NCBI GenBank assembly: GCA_963705505.1
Contig: CAVPJU010000003.1
Coordinates: 293,004-357,003, forward strand
Reading direction: 5' to 3'
Source: an uncultured bacterium
GTDB taxonomy: Bacteria; Desulfobacterota_D; UBA1144; Nemesobacterales; UBA2774
Length of the DNA: 64,000 bases
Under the pieces are notes generated by a model. The model was not told the origin of the DNA. It saw nothing but the letters and a program-made list of their open reading frames with translations, and searched no databases. A program made the position numbers and the translations under genes. This document shows, piece after piece, positions 30,503-45,688 of this stretch (the first letter of the stretch is position 1; each line of letters starts with the position of its first letter).

Positions 30503-32203
30503 CTAAAAATGGGGTAAAGGAGATGTGCCGCCGCCCCCTCCGCCGCCTGACGTGGATTTCTTAATCGTCTGAGTCACACGATTTGTAATCCCGCAGGTAG
30601 AGGATGTCTCGACCCTTGACTGAAGGTACAAGGTCTTCCCTCCGAGAGTACTCGACAAATTGACATTGAGAGTAGCTGTTCCTAATGAATTAGCTACAGC
30701 AGACCCGATTAAAATCGGGCTCCTCAGGTCAAGCGCTTTCCCCTTGCAGACGCCGCTTGTGATGGATGTCTTCCCGGTAGCGGTGGAATAGTAGAACCTG
30801 ACGGTTGAGCTTTTTTTGGCGCCCGTTACCGATAGGGTATTTCTGGCCCCCGCCGTACCGGGGCTGAAAGCCGTCTGCACACCGCTCCCTGAAGAAGGGG
30901 GAGGCGTCGGTGTGGGCGTCGGTGCCGGGGCAGGAGGAGGAGTCGGCGTCGGCGGAGCAGGATTGCCCGATAACGCAAGATCGACTGCGAAATCCACATT
31001 TACCCTTCCGTCCCCGAAGTATAAAGAGGACCCTATATTTTCCGCCGTATCCCTCAATATCTGATCTACTTCGGCGTTCGTAAGTGTCGCATCGACAGAC
31101 CAGATAAGCCCCGCGGTACCGCTTACTATGGGCGCTGAAAATGAGGTGCCCGACCAGGAAGCGTAGAAGCTTCCCGCGACATTCGATGTTCCGATTGCGT
31201 TTACGATACCTACGCCCGGGGCCGCCAAATCCACGAAGGTCCCGTAGCTCGAAAAACTCGCCAGGGTATCGCTGTTCGTGGTAGCGGATATAGCCATAAC
31301 ATGGCCCGCTGCGGCGGGGCATTCTAGATTGCTGTTTCCCGAATTCCCGGCGGATGCAACGACCAGTATTCCTGCGCTCCATGCCGCGTTAATAGCGTCC
31401 TGCTCAGCCTGAGTTACCCCTGAGGACTGGCAATCCCTCCCGAGACTCATATTGATCACAACCCTCTTAGCCGGATTATTCAGTGCATAATTACGGGCAA
31501 ACATAATCCCCTCAACCGTATCGGCGAGTGATCCCGAGCCTGAGTCATTGAGCACCTTGACCGGCAGGATGGAACAATTCCAGCAGATGCCGGCAACCCC
31601 TAACCCGTTGTTCGTTTTTGCCGCGGCCGTGCCCGCAACGCCGGTCCCGTGGCCGAAATTATCGTCTGTATTCGAGCCGCAGCTGGCATCGGTAAAACTG
31701 TCGAGCACATTACAGCCCGTAAGCAGTTTGCCGGAAATATCCTCGTGAGTACTCTCGACTCCGGTATCTAAAACAGCTATCACGACGTTGGAAATGCCCG
31801 TTTCCGTGTTCCAGGCCTGAGAAGCATCTATGACATTCAAATAAGTCTGCTGACTGTATCTCGGATCGTTCGGCGTTAAGTCGGCATACACTATGTAATT
31901 CTTTTCGACGTATTCGACATCGGGGTTATTTTCAAGTGATCTCTGGACATCCTCTATCGTGTCTCCCGGCCGTAACTGAATCAACACCATGCGCAGGTCG
32001 GAAAATGATTTCTTGATAACGGCGCCTCTGGAGTTGATTTCCCTCTCCGCCGACAATCCGTCGGTGTCCCCTCTCATCTTCACTATGAGCTCGTCGGTGA
32101 CATAATCCTCTCTTGCAGAGGATACATATACGAAGGAGGGCAGAAAAAAGAAGAGAAAAAATGCGATCAGCCCATACGCAAGCGGTTTCCTTAAATTTGC
32201 CAT
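30503..32203 (-). CDS. Secreted S8 subtilisin-like serine protease with Pro-rich linker and C-terminal domain
   Basis: Catalytic triad AVLDTG / HGTGVAG / GTSFSAP; signal peptide; PTPTPPP linker. Confidence 0.93.
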   Translation of the reverse strand: MANLRKPLAYGLIAFFLFFFLPSFVYVSSAREDYVTDELIVKMRGDTDGLSAEREINSRGAVIKKSFSDLRMVLIQLRPGDTIEDVQRSLENNPDVEYVEKNYIVYADLTPNDPRYSQQTYLNVIDASQAWNTETGISNVVIAVLDTGVESTHEDISGKLLTGCNVLDSFTDASCGSNTDDNFGHGTGVAGTAAAKTNNGLGVAGICWNCSILPVKVLNDSGSGSLADTVEGIMFARNYALNNPAKRVVINMSLGRDCQSSGVTQAEQDAINAAWSAGILVVASAGNSGNSNLECPAAAGHVMAISATTNSDTLASFSSYGTFVDLAAPGVGIVNAIGTSNVAGSFYASWSGTSFSAPIVSGTAGLIWSVDATLTNAEVDQILRDTAENIGSSLYFGDGRVNVDFAVDLALSGNPAPPTPTPPPAPAPTPTPTPPPSSGSGVQTAFSPGTAGARNTLSVTGAKKSSTVRFYYSTATGKTSITSGVCKGKALDLRSPILIGSAVANSLGTATLNVNLSSTLGGKTLYLQSRVETSSTCGITNRVTQTIKKSTSGGGGGGGTSPLPHF

Positions 32204-32477
32204 TGCACTATTCCTCCAATGAATGGGTGTCCGGTGATATTCAAAGAAGTAACCCCAGGTGAAAAAGTTGCAATGTTTGTGCCACCTATAGAGGTATTAA
32301 ATAATCTGTAATTACAGATAGTTACATCTTGAAAATGTGGGACTTTAAAACTATTGTCGCGAATATTTGTCATGGCATGACACAAATTGTCAACTATTTT
32401 GTAAGCCGTTCTGAACTCACGCTATTTCTGTTTTGTACTCAAGTATAGCACGCTGATGTCATTTTGCCGCGAAATTG

Positions 32478-33534
32478 TCATTCCAAATTAAGCTTAAGCT
32501 CACCGTTATCGACATTTATACCCTTTAATAGAGCTTCGCTTTGCTCGATTTTGCCGTCCGCAACCACAAGCACGTAAGGGAGTATGGTATTGGAAAGGGA
32601 ATATGTCGAAGTCCTGGAGACAAGAGAAGGCATGTTCGTCACGCAGTAGTGCGTTACTCCGAGAGTTTTATATACGGGGGAGTCGTGCGTAGTCGGCACG
32701 CTCGTCTCGGAACACCCTCCCTGGTCTATAGCGACATCCACAAATACGCTGCCGGGTTCCATTCCGGCTATCATCTCCTTCGTTACAACCCTGGGGGCTT
32801 TGGCTCCGGTCACGAGGACGGCGCCCACGACGAGATCGGATTTTCTAAGCTCCTCGGCTATTACCTCAGGATATGAGGGGAGCGTCCTGACCCTGCCTTC
32901 GAAATGCTCATAGAAGTATTCGAGCTTCGGATGCTTGTTGTCTATGACCGTCACCTCTGCACCGAGCCCGAGGGCCGAGAGCACGGCGTTAAGCCCTACG
33001 GTTCCGCCGCCTATCACGGTAACCCTTCCGTTCCTTACCCCCGCAGCGCCGCTCAGAAGGACCCCCTTCCCTCCCTTCGATTTCTGGAGGAAATGGACTC
33101 CTACCTGGACCGACAGCCTGCCCGCTATCTTGCTCATTGGGGAAAGCAGCGGCAGCGAGCCGTCAGGAAGCTCGACCGTTTCATATGCTATTGCCCTGCA
33201 CTTGCTCTTTTTAAGTGCCTGTACGAGTTTATTGTCGGCTGCCAGGTGCAGGTAGCAAAAAATAGTGTGGTGTTTTTTTATTAACGGGTATTCGACGGGG
33301 AGGGGCTCTTTTACTTTTACTATGAGGGTCGATTTTTTAAAGAGCTCTTCTTCATGTAGCAGCGATACGTGCGCCCGCTTTTTTATATTCGCTGTCGGGT
33401 ATTCCGCTTCCCGCGCCGGCGTCCTTCTCGACGAGAACCCTGTGCCCGCGCTCGACCAGAACGCGGACGGCCTGCGGCGTAAGAGCAACCCTGTATTCCT
33501 GAATCTTCCTTTCTTTCGGGACGCCTATGACCAT
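32478..33534 (-). CDS. ald: Alanine dehydrogenase split by a +1 frameshift at ~33355
   Basis: MVIGVPKE...EYRVALTP in one frame; KVKEP, YLHLA, GGGTVG, DVAIDQGGC, HYCVTNMP in the next. Confidence 0.9.
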
Positions 33535-33669
33535 GTGAGACTAGAGAATAGCATTTGAATCGGGAGATGGAAAGATAACCGAACAGTTGAAATTAAAAAT
33601 AAAGAGATTCTATGTGCTCCATCGTAAAAAAAAGAGAAACATTCCGGAAAAAATTTCTAAAATCATTTA

Positions 33670-33936
33670 TCACAAATGATGTTTGAGCCAGGATTTGCAG
33701 TCGAGTGGCATGTTGAGGCTTTCCCACTCATGGGAGGGTCTTAATATCAGGAGGGAGTCGTCGTCATCGATGCTCTCTTTGAGTATTTCGCGGACCTCCG
33801 TTATAGAGAGCCCGGTATGGACGAGCCATATCGACCTCAGGCAGCGGATACACCCCCCGAGGGACTCGATCGCTTCGTTAATCTTCTGATAGTCCTTATC
33901 GAAATGGAGCTCATAAGTGATGAGATATACGGACAT
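33670..33936 (-). CDS. Small Cas2/VapD-like ferredoxin-fold protein (88 aa), no CRISPR context
   Basis: YLITYEL..KDY..I.EAI..LG...SIWLV...IDDDDSLLI pattern; GAGGGGGT Shine-Dalgarno. Confidence 0.55.
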   Translation of the reverse strand: MSVYLITYELHFDKDYQKINEAIESLGGCIRCLRSIWLVHTGLSITEVREILKESIDDDDSLLILRPSHEWESLNMPLDCKSWLKHHL

Positions 33937-34101
33937 TCGGACACCCCCTCTCGAAAATAAAATAATCCATGTAATCAGATTACAGGAATTATTTATATTA
34001 GGGAATATCCGGACAGATAGAAGATACAAACAAAGAAGATCTTCGACAATTACATATTGTGCTGAGTTCTAGCGTGAATTAGCGGTAACTTTCAAAACCC
34101 C

Positions 34102-37122
<3,021 letters not shown>

Positions 37123-37228
37123 AAGGTATGAAAATCACCGCATAATTAAGCACGCTTCGATTTACTCAGCACAATATGAAATTGTCAAAGATCTATGCAA
37201 ATATACATTTGCTTTGTTTGCAATTTTA

Positions 37229-37302
37229 TGGAGGTGAGCGGGATCGAACCGCCGACCTCCTGCTTGCAAGGCAGGCGCTCTCCCGAGCTGAGCTACACCC
37301 CC
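37229..37302 (-). tRNA. tRNA-Ala(TGC), CCA not encoded
   Basis: GGGGGTGTAGCTCAG...TTGCAAG...GGTTCGATCC in the ITS. Confidence 0.96.
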
Positions 37303-37364
37303 GATCTAACTATCAATCCGAAAAACTCAACTTAGTAGGAATCAAGTATTAGATCAACTATCGG

Positions 37365-37441
<77 letters not shown>

Positions 37442-37546
37442 GTCAGTTGATCTAACAGGCGACTCCACTTTTACTCCGAGAAAGCACCAAAATTTAATAG
37501 CAGATAAAGCGAACAAAAGAAAGAGAAAGCAATTTTTCTCCGTGAA

Positions 37547-39108
<1,562 letters not shown>

Positions 39109-39212
39109 AATCTAATGAAAGGATTGCTTAGCTCTTCTTCGCCCGCTCATCTGCTATTTAATTTTCAAAGATCTGAAATATCTTTTTCAGATATTTTGCC
39201 AAAGGGACATAT

Positions 39213-39240
39213 AATATAAATGAACGAAAAAGGATGTCAA
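39213..39240 (-). promoter_or_regulatory. Putative rRNA operon promoter
   Basis: TTGACA-N16-TATATT on the minus strand ~105 bp upstream of 16S. Confidence 0.55.
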
Positions 39241-39515
39241 GACATTTTGACACACTTTTTTAAAAATCCTGTAAAAACGGGAAAGCCCGGGGCGATTCAG
39301 CATCCGGGGACGCTGAATCCAGAAGCAGACAAAATGTATCTAACTTGTTAAAACCGGACTCAGACCTTAACATATATTATACATGATTATAGTAATTACA
39401 AGGAAACTCCGGGAGATGGGGAACAAGGCCGGGTTTTGACAGTTGAAAGAATCGGTTTTCTGTATTAATTTTATTCCTCACTCAAAAACCTTAAAGTAAG
39501 GGACGGTAGAAAAAG

Positions 39516-40667
39516 ATGGGTCTCACTAATGAGCAAATAAGGCGTTACTCAAGACACCTCATAATGCCCGAGGTCGGCGTTGAAGGGCAGGAAAAGCTCG
39601 TCAATTCCAGAGTATTGTGCGTGGGCGCGGGCGGACTCGGCTCACCGCTAGCTCTATACCTGGCCGCGGCCGGCGTAGGACACATGGGCATACTCGACTT
39701 CGACGTAGTCGACTTCAGCAACCTACAGAGACAGATTATCCACAGCGAGGAAACTCTCGGGGTGCTGAAAGTGGAATCGGCGAGGGACAGACTCCTAGGG
39801 CTCAATTCCGACATCGACATTAAAACCTACAACGCAATGCTCACGTCAGAGAACGCGATGGACATAATCAAGGATTACGATATCGTGGTCGACGGCACGG
39901 ATAACTTCGCCACGAGGTACCTCGTGAACGATGCGTGCGTGCTCCTGGGAAAACCGAACGTGTACGGGAGCATATTCCGCTTCGAGGGTCAGGTGAGCGT
40001 GTTTGACGCGAAGAGGGGACCTTGCTACCGATGCCTCTACCCCGAACCTCCGCCCCCGGGCCTCGTGCCGAGCTGCGCCGAGGGGGGCGTACTGGGAGTC
40101 CTGCCGGGCATAATAGGCACGATGCAGGCGGCTGAAGCCGTAAAGCTTATAATCGGGAAAGGGACGCCGTTAATCGGAAAGCTCCTCTTTATCGACGTAA
40201 TGGAGATGAAGATAAGGGAGCTCATGCTGCGAAAGGATCCCGATTGCCCGATATGCGGCGAGCACCCGATAATAAAGGAGCTCATAGACTATCAGGAGTT
40301 CTGCGGCATAGGGCGCGGCGAAGAGGTGCCGGGCTTCGCCGAGGACGACAGCCTCGAGATATCGGTCGATGATTTCAACGAGCTAAGGACGAAGAACGGG
40401 AAAATAGTTGTTCTCGATGTCAGAGAGCCGCATGAATACGAGATCTGCAACTTGGAGGGCTCGACCCTTATACCGCTCGGGGAACTGCCTGAGAGGGTAA
40501 ACGAGCTCGATACCGCCGACGATATTGTTGTCCACTGCCACAGCGGAGGGAGAAGCCTCCAGGCCACAAGGTTTCTGAGGAATATGGGGTTTAAGAAGGT
40601 CAAGAACCTCAAGGGCGGAATAGACGCCTGGGCGGAGAAATACGACCCCGACATGCCGAGGTATTAG
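39516..40667 (+). CDS. moeB: MoeB/MoeZ adenylyltransferase with rhodanese domain
   Basis: RYSRH, GAGGLG, SNLQRQ, CYRC...SCAEGGVLG, rhodanese VHCHSGGRS. Confidence 0.94.
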   Translation: MGLTNEQIRRYSRHLIMPEVGVEGQEKLVNSRVLCVGAGGLGSPLALYLAAAGVGHMGILDFDVVDFSNLQRQIIHSEETLGVLKVESARDRLLGLNSDIDIKTYNAMLTSENAMDIIKDYDIVVDGTDNFATRYLVNDACVLLGKPNVYGSIFRFEGQVSVFDAKRGPCYRCLYPEPPPPGLVPSCAEGGVLGVLPGIIGTMQAAEAVKLIIGKGTPLIGKLLFIDVMEMKIRELMLRKDPDCPICGEHPIIKELIDYQEFCGIGRGEEVPGFAEDDSLEISVDDFNELRTKNGKIVVLDVREPHEYEICNLEGSTLIPLGELPERVNELDTADDIVVHCHSGGRSLQATRFLRNMGFKKVKNLKGGIDAWAEKYDPDMPRY

Positions 40668-40846
40668 GCTAACTAATATTCAGGCAGTGAAGTTCTTGGG
40701 TTCCCGTGTATTTACTTTCGGCATAAATCAGAATCGCCCATCCTAAACTCAGCGGGGGCAGCACCGGACTGATCCAACCGGATCATTACGTTCATCCCGG
40801 TAGTTTGATCTTTATTATTATAAATATTCCATATATCATCTCTGTT

Positions 40847-41297
40847 ATGAATAGCACCTCAAGAAAAGAGAATTATGCTTCTGCTATTCGTGCAGCCTTA
40901 TTTTTCATAATCCTGGCTTGGATGTTATTCGGTCCGGCATATAGACAAGTATTCGGCGGAGAGAATAAAATTTTTCGTTCGTGGACAATGTTTGATCAAT
41001 ATGGGAATCGATTCCGATCCCAACAACGGTCTCATGGACGCCACCTTCTATGTAGTCAATAATGGAGAGTTGACAGAAATTAATCGTTTTGAGATTCTCG
41101 GCTACGATAAGCCTAAGCGTGCCCCGGAAGAAATCTTTAGAATAACGGGGGATTCGGGAATTAAACGCGTCTCAGAGAGCTTATGCAAGAAACTGGGCAA
41201 CGATACTGATTTAAGAGTCAAAGCCAGGATGGCAACTAAACAAGGATGGAAGACACAATATAACGCTGAAAAAAACCTCTGCAATACTAATAAATGA
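40847..41297 (+). CDS. HTTM-partner membrane-anchored protein, +1 frameshift at ~40993
   Basis: ORFs 40805-41062 and 40992-41297 join at RSWTMF/INMGID; overlaps the HTTM gene start. Confidence 0.55.
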
Positions 41298-42154
41298 CAC
41301 TGTTGCTTAATAATGCCTGGACAAGATTTCTCAGCTGGGGTTTACACACTGAAGGTTCAACCAGATCTTCAGCACTAATCAGAATTTTCCTGGTTTTATT
41401 AATCTGGGCCAGATGGGCCGGTGCGTTAACTCTTTTTACGATTGGGACGCTCGAAGGTTTATTTCTAAGCATTAACTTCTTTATTTCCACAACACTTATG
41501 CTTTTCGGAATCTGGACGAGATTGAGCACCCTATGGACGGCGGCTGTCGTTCTTTCTATGTATTACTACGCCGGTTTAGTTAAAGGAATTGAACCATGGA
41601 CCCACCACCACACATATCTTCTCGCTTTCGCTACATTGTTATGCGCCTTAACACCCTGCGGAAGGTCATATTCTCTTGACCGCTACCTGGGCATCCGAAA
41701 GGCAAAAATAACCGGCGGCACTATACCACCGGAATCGGGGAACTTGTGGGCGCTAAGATTGATATCCCTCCAAGTAGCTCTCATATATTTTTGGACTGCT
41801 TACGATAAAACAAATTGGACGTTCCTGAGCGGGGACCGATTAGAGCGTATATTTATGTGGAATTATTTCGGGTCTGATTATCCCGATTTTCCGGGATTTC
41901 ATATATTAATGATAGTAATTTCCTGGGCGACCGTTGTGTTAGAGTACGCGCTTATAGGGTTGCTGATTAAAAGATTCAGAAAGTGGTTAGTATTACCGGG
42001 TTTATTATTTCATGGAATTATCTACATATTACTGCCGGTCGGAACGTTCAGTCTAACCATGTGGGCGCTTTATCTGTCATTTTTTGATCCCAATAAGGTT
42101 CATGAGTTGATCGATGAAGTAAGCGGAAATAGCAATAAGATTACGGAGAGTTAA
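41294..42154 (+). CDS. HTTM domain (vitamin-K-dependent gamma-carboxylase-like) membrane protein
   Basis: ALIRI, HHTYLL, YSLD, QVALIYFWTAYDK...FLSG, FHGII. Confidence 0.8.
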   Translation: MTLLLNNAWTRFLSWGLHTEGSTRSSALIRIFLVLLIWARWAGALTLFTIGTLEGLFLSINFFISTTLMLFGIWTRLSTLWTAAVVLSMYYYAGLVKGIEPWTHHHTYLLAFATLLCALTPCGRSYSLDRYLGIRKAKITGGTIPPESGNLWALRLISLQVALIYFWTAYDKTNWTFLSGDRLERIFMWNYFGSDYPDFPGFHILMIVISWATVVLEYALIGLLIKRFRKWLVLPGLLFHGIIYILLPVGTFSLTMWALYLSFFDPNKVHELIDEVSGNSNKITES

Positions 42155-42162
42155 GTTTTCCG

Positions 42163-43281
42163 ATGAAGCGAATCAAAAAAGGACATATAGTATTAGTCCT
42201 GATTTCCATAATCCTGACGCTGGTCGTTGCTGAAACCGGACTCCGCCTGCTTCAAGGCTTGAATTATTTCCCGCATTTCTTTAAAGCGCTTAACAGCGCC
42301 TATACGCCTTTCGACGTTAAAACAGGCGAAGGTTTATACTATTCCCACCCTTATATAAGTTACGACATGAAACCCGGATACACCATCCCGGGCGAGGTGA
42401 CGATTAACTCACACGGATACAGGGGTGAGGAATTCGCATTGGAGAAACCCCCGGGGACTTACAGGATCGTGGCTCTCGGAGGATCGACAACCTACGGTAT
42501 TTCATTGAACGACGATGAAACCTACCCTTACTATCTGCAAAGAGAACTAAGGAAGCGTCTGGGCACCGATAAGATCGAAGTAATCAACGCCGGCCTGGTT
42601 AGTGCGACCACCGCAGAAAGCCTTGCGCGATTTTTGCTAAAGATAGTCCCACTCGAACCGGACATGGTGATTTTCTACGAAGGTTATAATGACCTGCCGC
42701 CGAGGATGTTTAACGACTACTCGGACGATTATTATCACTTCAGGAAAAACCCCCGGTATGAATTTTCACTATTGTCCGATTCGATTCTTTACCGCTTAAT
42801 TGTTTCGGGATTTAAGGCGAGCCTGCATTATCCGAACACCACACTGCTTTCACACATCTGGAAATTCGAGAATCTGCCGAAAGAAGACAGTAAAAAAATA
42901 GAGAACTTCAACGCTACGTCAAGCGCGGTGTATGAAAGGAACCTCGATTATATAATCACGGTTGCCAAAGCAAAAAATATTTCCGTTGTCCTCTCGACAT
43001 TCGCATTCGACGACGACGCCCCGAATTGGAACGACTATATGCCCGATACACTGTGGGCGAAGGGAATACAGCAGAACAATGCCGCGATAAGAGAGCTGGC
43101 AGAGAAATACCGGCTGCCTCTTATAGAATTTTATGAATACGGGCTCCGTAACAAACGGATATTCGAAGACTCGATTCATATGACCGCGGAGGGAAACGAG
43201 GAGATGGCAAAGGTGTTCTCCGACACACTCGCGCCGATAATAGAGCAGGAGATGAACATCAGCTCCCGAGGCGGACATTAA
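42163..43281 (+). CDS. SGNH/GDSL hydrolase family protein
   Basis: INSHGYRG, LGGSTTYG, INAG, GYND, DSIH. Confidence 0.88.
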   Translation: MKRIKKGHIVLVLISIILTLVVAETGLRLLQGLNYFPHFFKALNSAYTPFDVKTGEGLYYSHPYISYDMKPGYTIPGEVTINSHGYRGEEFALEKPPGTYRIVALGGSTTYGISLNDDETYPYYLQRELRKRLGTDKIEVINAGLVSATTAESLARFLLKIVPLEPDMVIFYEGYNDLPPRMFNDYSDDYYHFRKNPRYEFSLLSDSILYRLIVSGFKASLHYPNTTLLSHIWKFENLPKEDSKKIENFNATSSAVYERNLDYIITVAKAKNISVVLSTFAFDDDAPNWNDYMPDTLWAKGIQQNNAAIRELAEKYRLPLIEFYEYGLRNKRIFEDSIHMTAEGNEEMAKVFSDTLAPIIEQEMNISSRGGH

Positions 43282-43533
43282 TAAGACGGATTCGAGTTCG
43301 GCTCTTTTAGCAGGACGGGAGGAAGAAGCAGTAATAACCGCATTTAAAGGCAAAATTCGAAGCTCAGAACGAGGACGGCGTCATTATTCCATGAACTTTA
43401 AATCAAGAACCCGGAGGGCGTTATAAACGCCTGCCCGGAGAAACGAGACTCCGACACGCCGGGGTATCCGAAAGAACTTTTGATAATAGATAGAATATGC
43501 ATATAATTTAGTAAGAAGGTTAAATTCATCATT

Positions 43534-44322
43534 ATGAAGGTTAATTATATCGCGGATACATCTCTGCCTGTCATACAGAGCATGTGGATTGGCAGTGAAT
43601 TATCGGTGATGGAGATGCTCAGCATCTCATCTTTTTTAAGCAACGGTCACATTTATCATCTATACACATACGATGAAGTCAAAAACCTGCCTGAAGGCGT
43701 AATACTGAAGGACGCGAGCACAATAATCACCCCGGACAAGATTTTCAAGTATAAGGACCGTGATACATACGCGGGATTTGCGAACGTCTTCAGATATAAG
43801 CTGCTTTTAGAAAAAGGCAGCTTCTGGGTGGATACGGACGTGGTTTGTCTCAGCCCGTTTAACTTCGTATCCGATTATGTTTTCGCCAGGTCAAGAAGAT
43901 TGAAGCTTTTCGGAAACCTTGATGAGACTTTCCGTGTGGAAAATTGTATTATAAAAGCTCCGAAGGGCTCAGATATTATGAGCTATTGTTATGAAGTATC
44001 CAGCAGACAGAATCCGAAGGCACTCGAATTCGGAGAATCAGGACCGTATTTTTTAAGGCCGACAGTTAAAAAATTCAATCTGGAAAAATATGTGGTAAGA
44101 GCAGAAACATTCTGTCCCGTTGACTGGCCCCAATGGCAGACTTTCGTGAGTCGTTCCAAGCTGATTACCTGGATGGAGATGGCTAAGATGATGCTCTATC
44201 GTACCAAAGGTGTGCATCTCTGGAATGAAATGTGGCGTTTGAATGGTGTTGAAAAAAACGGAACATTTCCTAACTCTTGCATCTATGAAAAGTTTAAGAA
44301 AAAGTATTTGCAAGACCTGTGA
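43534..44322 (+). CDS. GT32 (alpha-1,4-glycosyltransferase-like, DXD) glycosyltransferase
   Basis: IQSMWIG, FANVFRYKLL, WVDTDVVC, HLWNEMW. Confidence 0.82.
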   Translation: MKVNYIADTSLPVIQSMWIGSELSVMEMLSISSFLSNGHIYHLYTYDEVKNLPEGVILKDASTIITPDKIFKYKDRDTYAGFANVFRYKLLLEKGSFWVDTDVVCLSPFNFVSDYVFARSRRLKLFGNLDETFRVENCIIKAPKGSDIMSYCYEVSSRQNPKALEFGESGPYFLRPTVKKFNLEKYVVRAETFCPVDWPQWQTFVSRSKLITWMEMAKMMLYRTKGVHLWNEMWRLNGVEKNGTFPNSCIYEKFKKKYLQDL

Positions 44323-44486
44323 ACATATCTAAATCAAAGATATCAATTATCGGATTCTATAACAGCACCTCAATCTACTGACAATTGGCAGATTATCCTT
44401 AACGATATAAGAATCAACAACAATTTTAGGAATTGTTATTTCAAGGCTCGAATTAAAATACCTGGGGTATACTAAAGACGTAGAAT

Positions 44487-45455
44487 ATGAAGCCTACATT
44501 ACATTTTCTAAAATATTACCTTTTTGTAATGTTATCCATCTTTACTGATGTCGGACCCGCTGATGCGACTACGTTTTTAGCCGGAATGGGGCGAAGTGGA
44601 ACGACGTGGGCTGTGGATCTGATAAATTATAAGAAGGATTATCGAATGATATTCGAGCCCTTCATTGCAGCCAGAGTGCCCGAGGCTTTTTGCTTTAAAA
44701 CCCATCATTATATTAGACCCGACACGGTTGATCCCTTACTAGAGAAGCAAGCGAGACTTATACTCTCAGGCAATGTAAAGAACTCTTGGGTTGATAGTGG
44801 AAACACTAAGAAGTTGTTTTATCATAAGAGAATTATAAAAGATATACGTTGTAATCTAATGCTCGGCTGGTTAAAGAAGCTTTTCCCCGACATGCCTCTA
44901 ATACTGCTGGTCAGACATCCGCTAGCGATAGCGCATTCATGGGAAAGCCTCAAAATGTTGAAAGAGGACCCTATGGCGCAAGACAGAACTGATTTTGAGC
45001 TTATCACTTCGCAGAGAGAGCTGCTGGATGATTTTCCAATCATAAGGGAGGCGTTAAAAGAAATAAATAAATCATCAACCCTCGAAACAATTCTATTTAT
45101 ATGGTGCGTTCTATATTATGTACCCCTTAAACAGTTTAAACTTAGTGATATTTACATACTAGCCTACGAAGACCTCGTTTTAAATCCAGAGCCAACACTA
45201 GCAAGTTTATTTAATTATCTCGGCTTCAAATTGAATTGGGATAAGATTCGCCCTCTACTCGGCATACCATCCATAACAAACTTTCTTCATAGGGATTTTT
45301 CGGAAGAAGACAAGGTTCTATTTAGTTGGAAATCAAGTTACAAAGAAGAAGAGTTGAGACGCGCTAATTATATACTCGAACTTTTTGGTCTTGAGAGTGC
45401 ATATGCCCCCGACGGTCTCCCATCAAAAGATCTGCAGGTAATGCTCAACTCTTAA
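44487..45455 (+). CDS. Sulfotransferase family protein
   Basis: 5'-PSB GMGRSGTTW, FEPF, 3'-PB LVRHPLAIAHS, YEDLV. Confidence 0.88.
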   Translation: MKPTLHFLKYYLFVMLSIFTDVGPADATTFLAGMGRSGTTWAVDLINYKKDYRMIFEPFIAARVPEAFCFKTHHYIRPDTVDPLLEKQARLILSGNVKNSWVDSGNTKKLFYHKRIIKDIRCNLMLGWLKKLFPDMPLILLVRHPLAIAHSWESLKMLKEDPMAQDRTDFELITSQRELLDDFPIIREALKEINKSSTLETILFIWCVLYYVPLKQFKLSDIYILAYEDLVLNPEPTLASLFNYLGFKLNWDKIRPLLGIPSITNFLHRDFSEEDKVLFSWKSSYKEEELRRANYILELFGLESAYAPDGLPSKDLQVMLNS

Positions 45456-45514
45456 ACAAATATTACAATACCGATTTCTTAATAATTCCTAAAATTGCAT
45501 TCAGACAAAGCCAC

Positions 45515-45591
45515 CTTCCGGGTCGATACGGATGTAATTTATCTTAGTCCGTTTAACTTCGTATCCGATTACGTTTTCGTCAGGTCAAGAA
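45515..45591 (+). pseudogene. Relic fragment of a GT32 gene copy
   Basis: Closely matches 43821-43897 (the WVDTDVVCLSPFNFVSDYVFARSR-coding segment). Confidence 0.75.
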
Positions 45592-45688
45592 CCCGAATGG
45601 CAATAAAAACTCCTGGGCGGTGAAAAACGGCCCCTCAAGCCGATGTATTGGAAAAACCATATTATAACGATATCATTTACCAAGTTGC

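Noticed and set aside
30890..30965. GC-rich short repeats
   Set aside because: They encode the Pro/Thr linker of the subtilase.
33340..33370. Programmed frameshift or selenocysteine readthrough at the ald TGA
   Set aside because: The downstream coding is in a different frame, so readthrough cannot restore it, and there is no slippery sequence; an indel is simpler.
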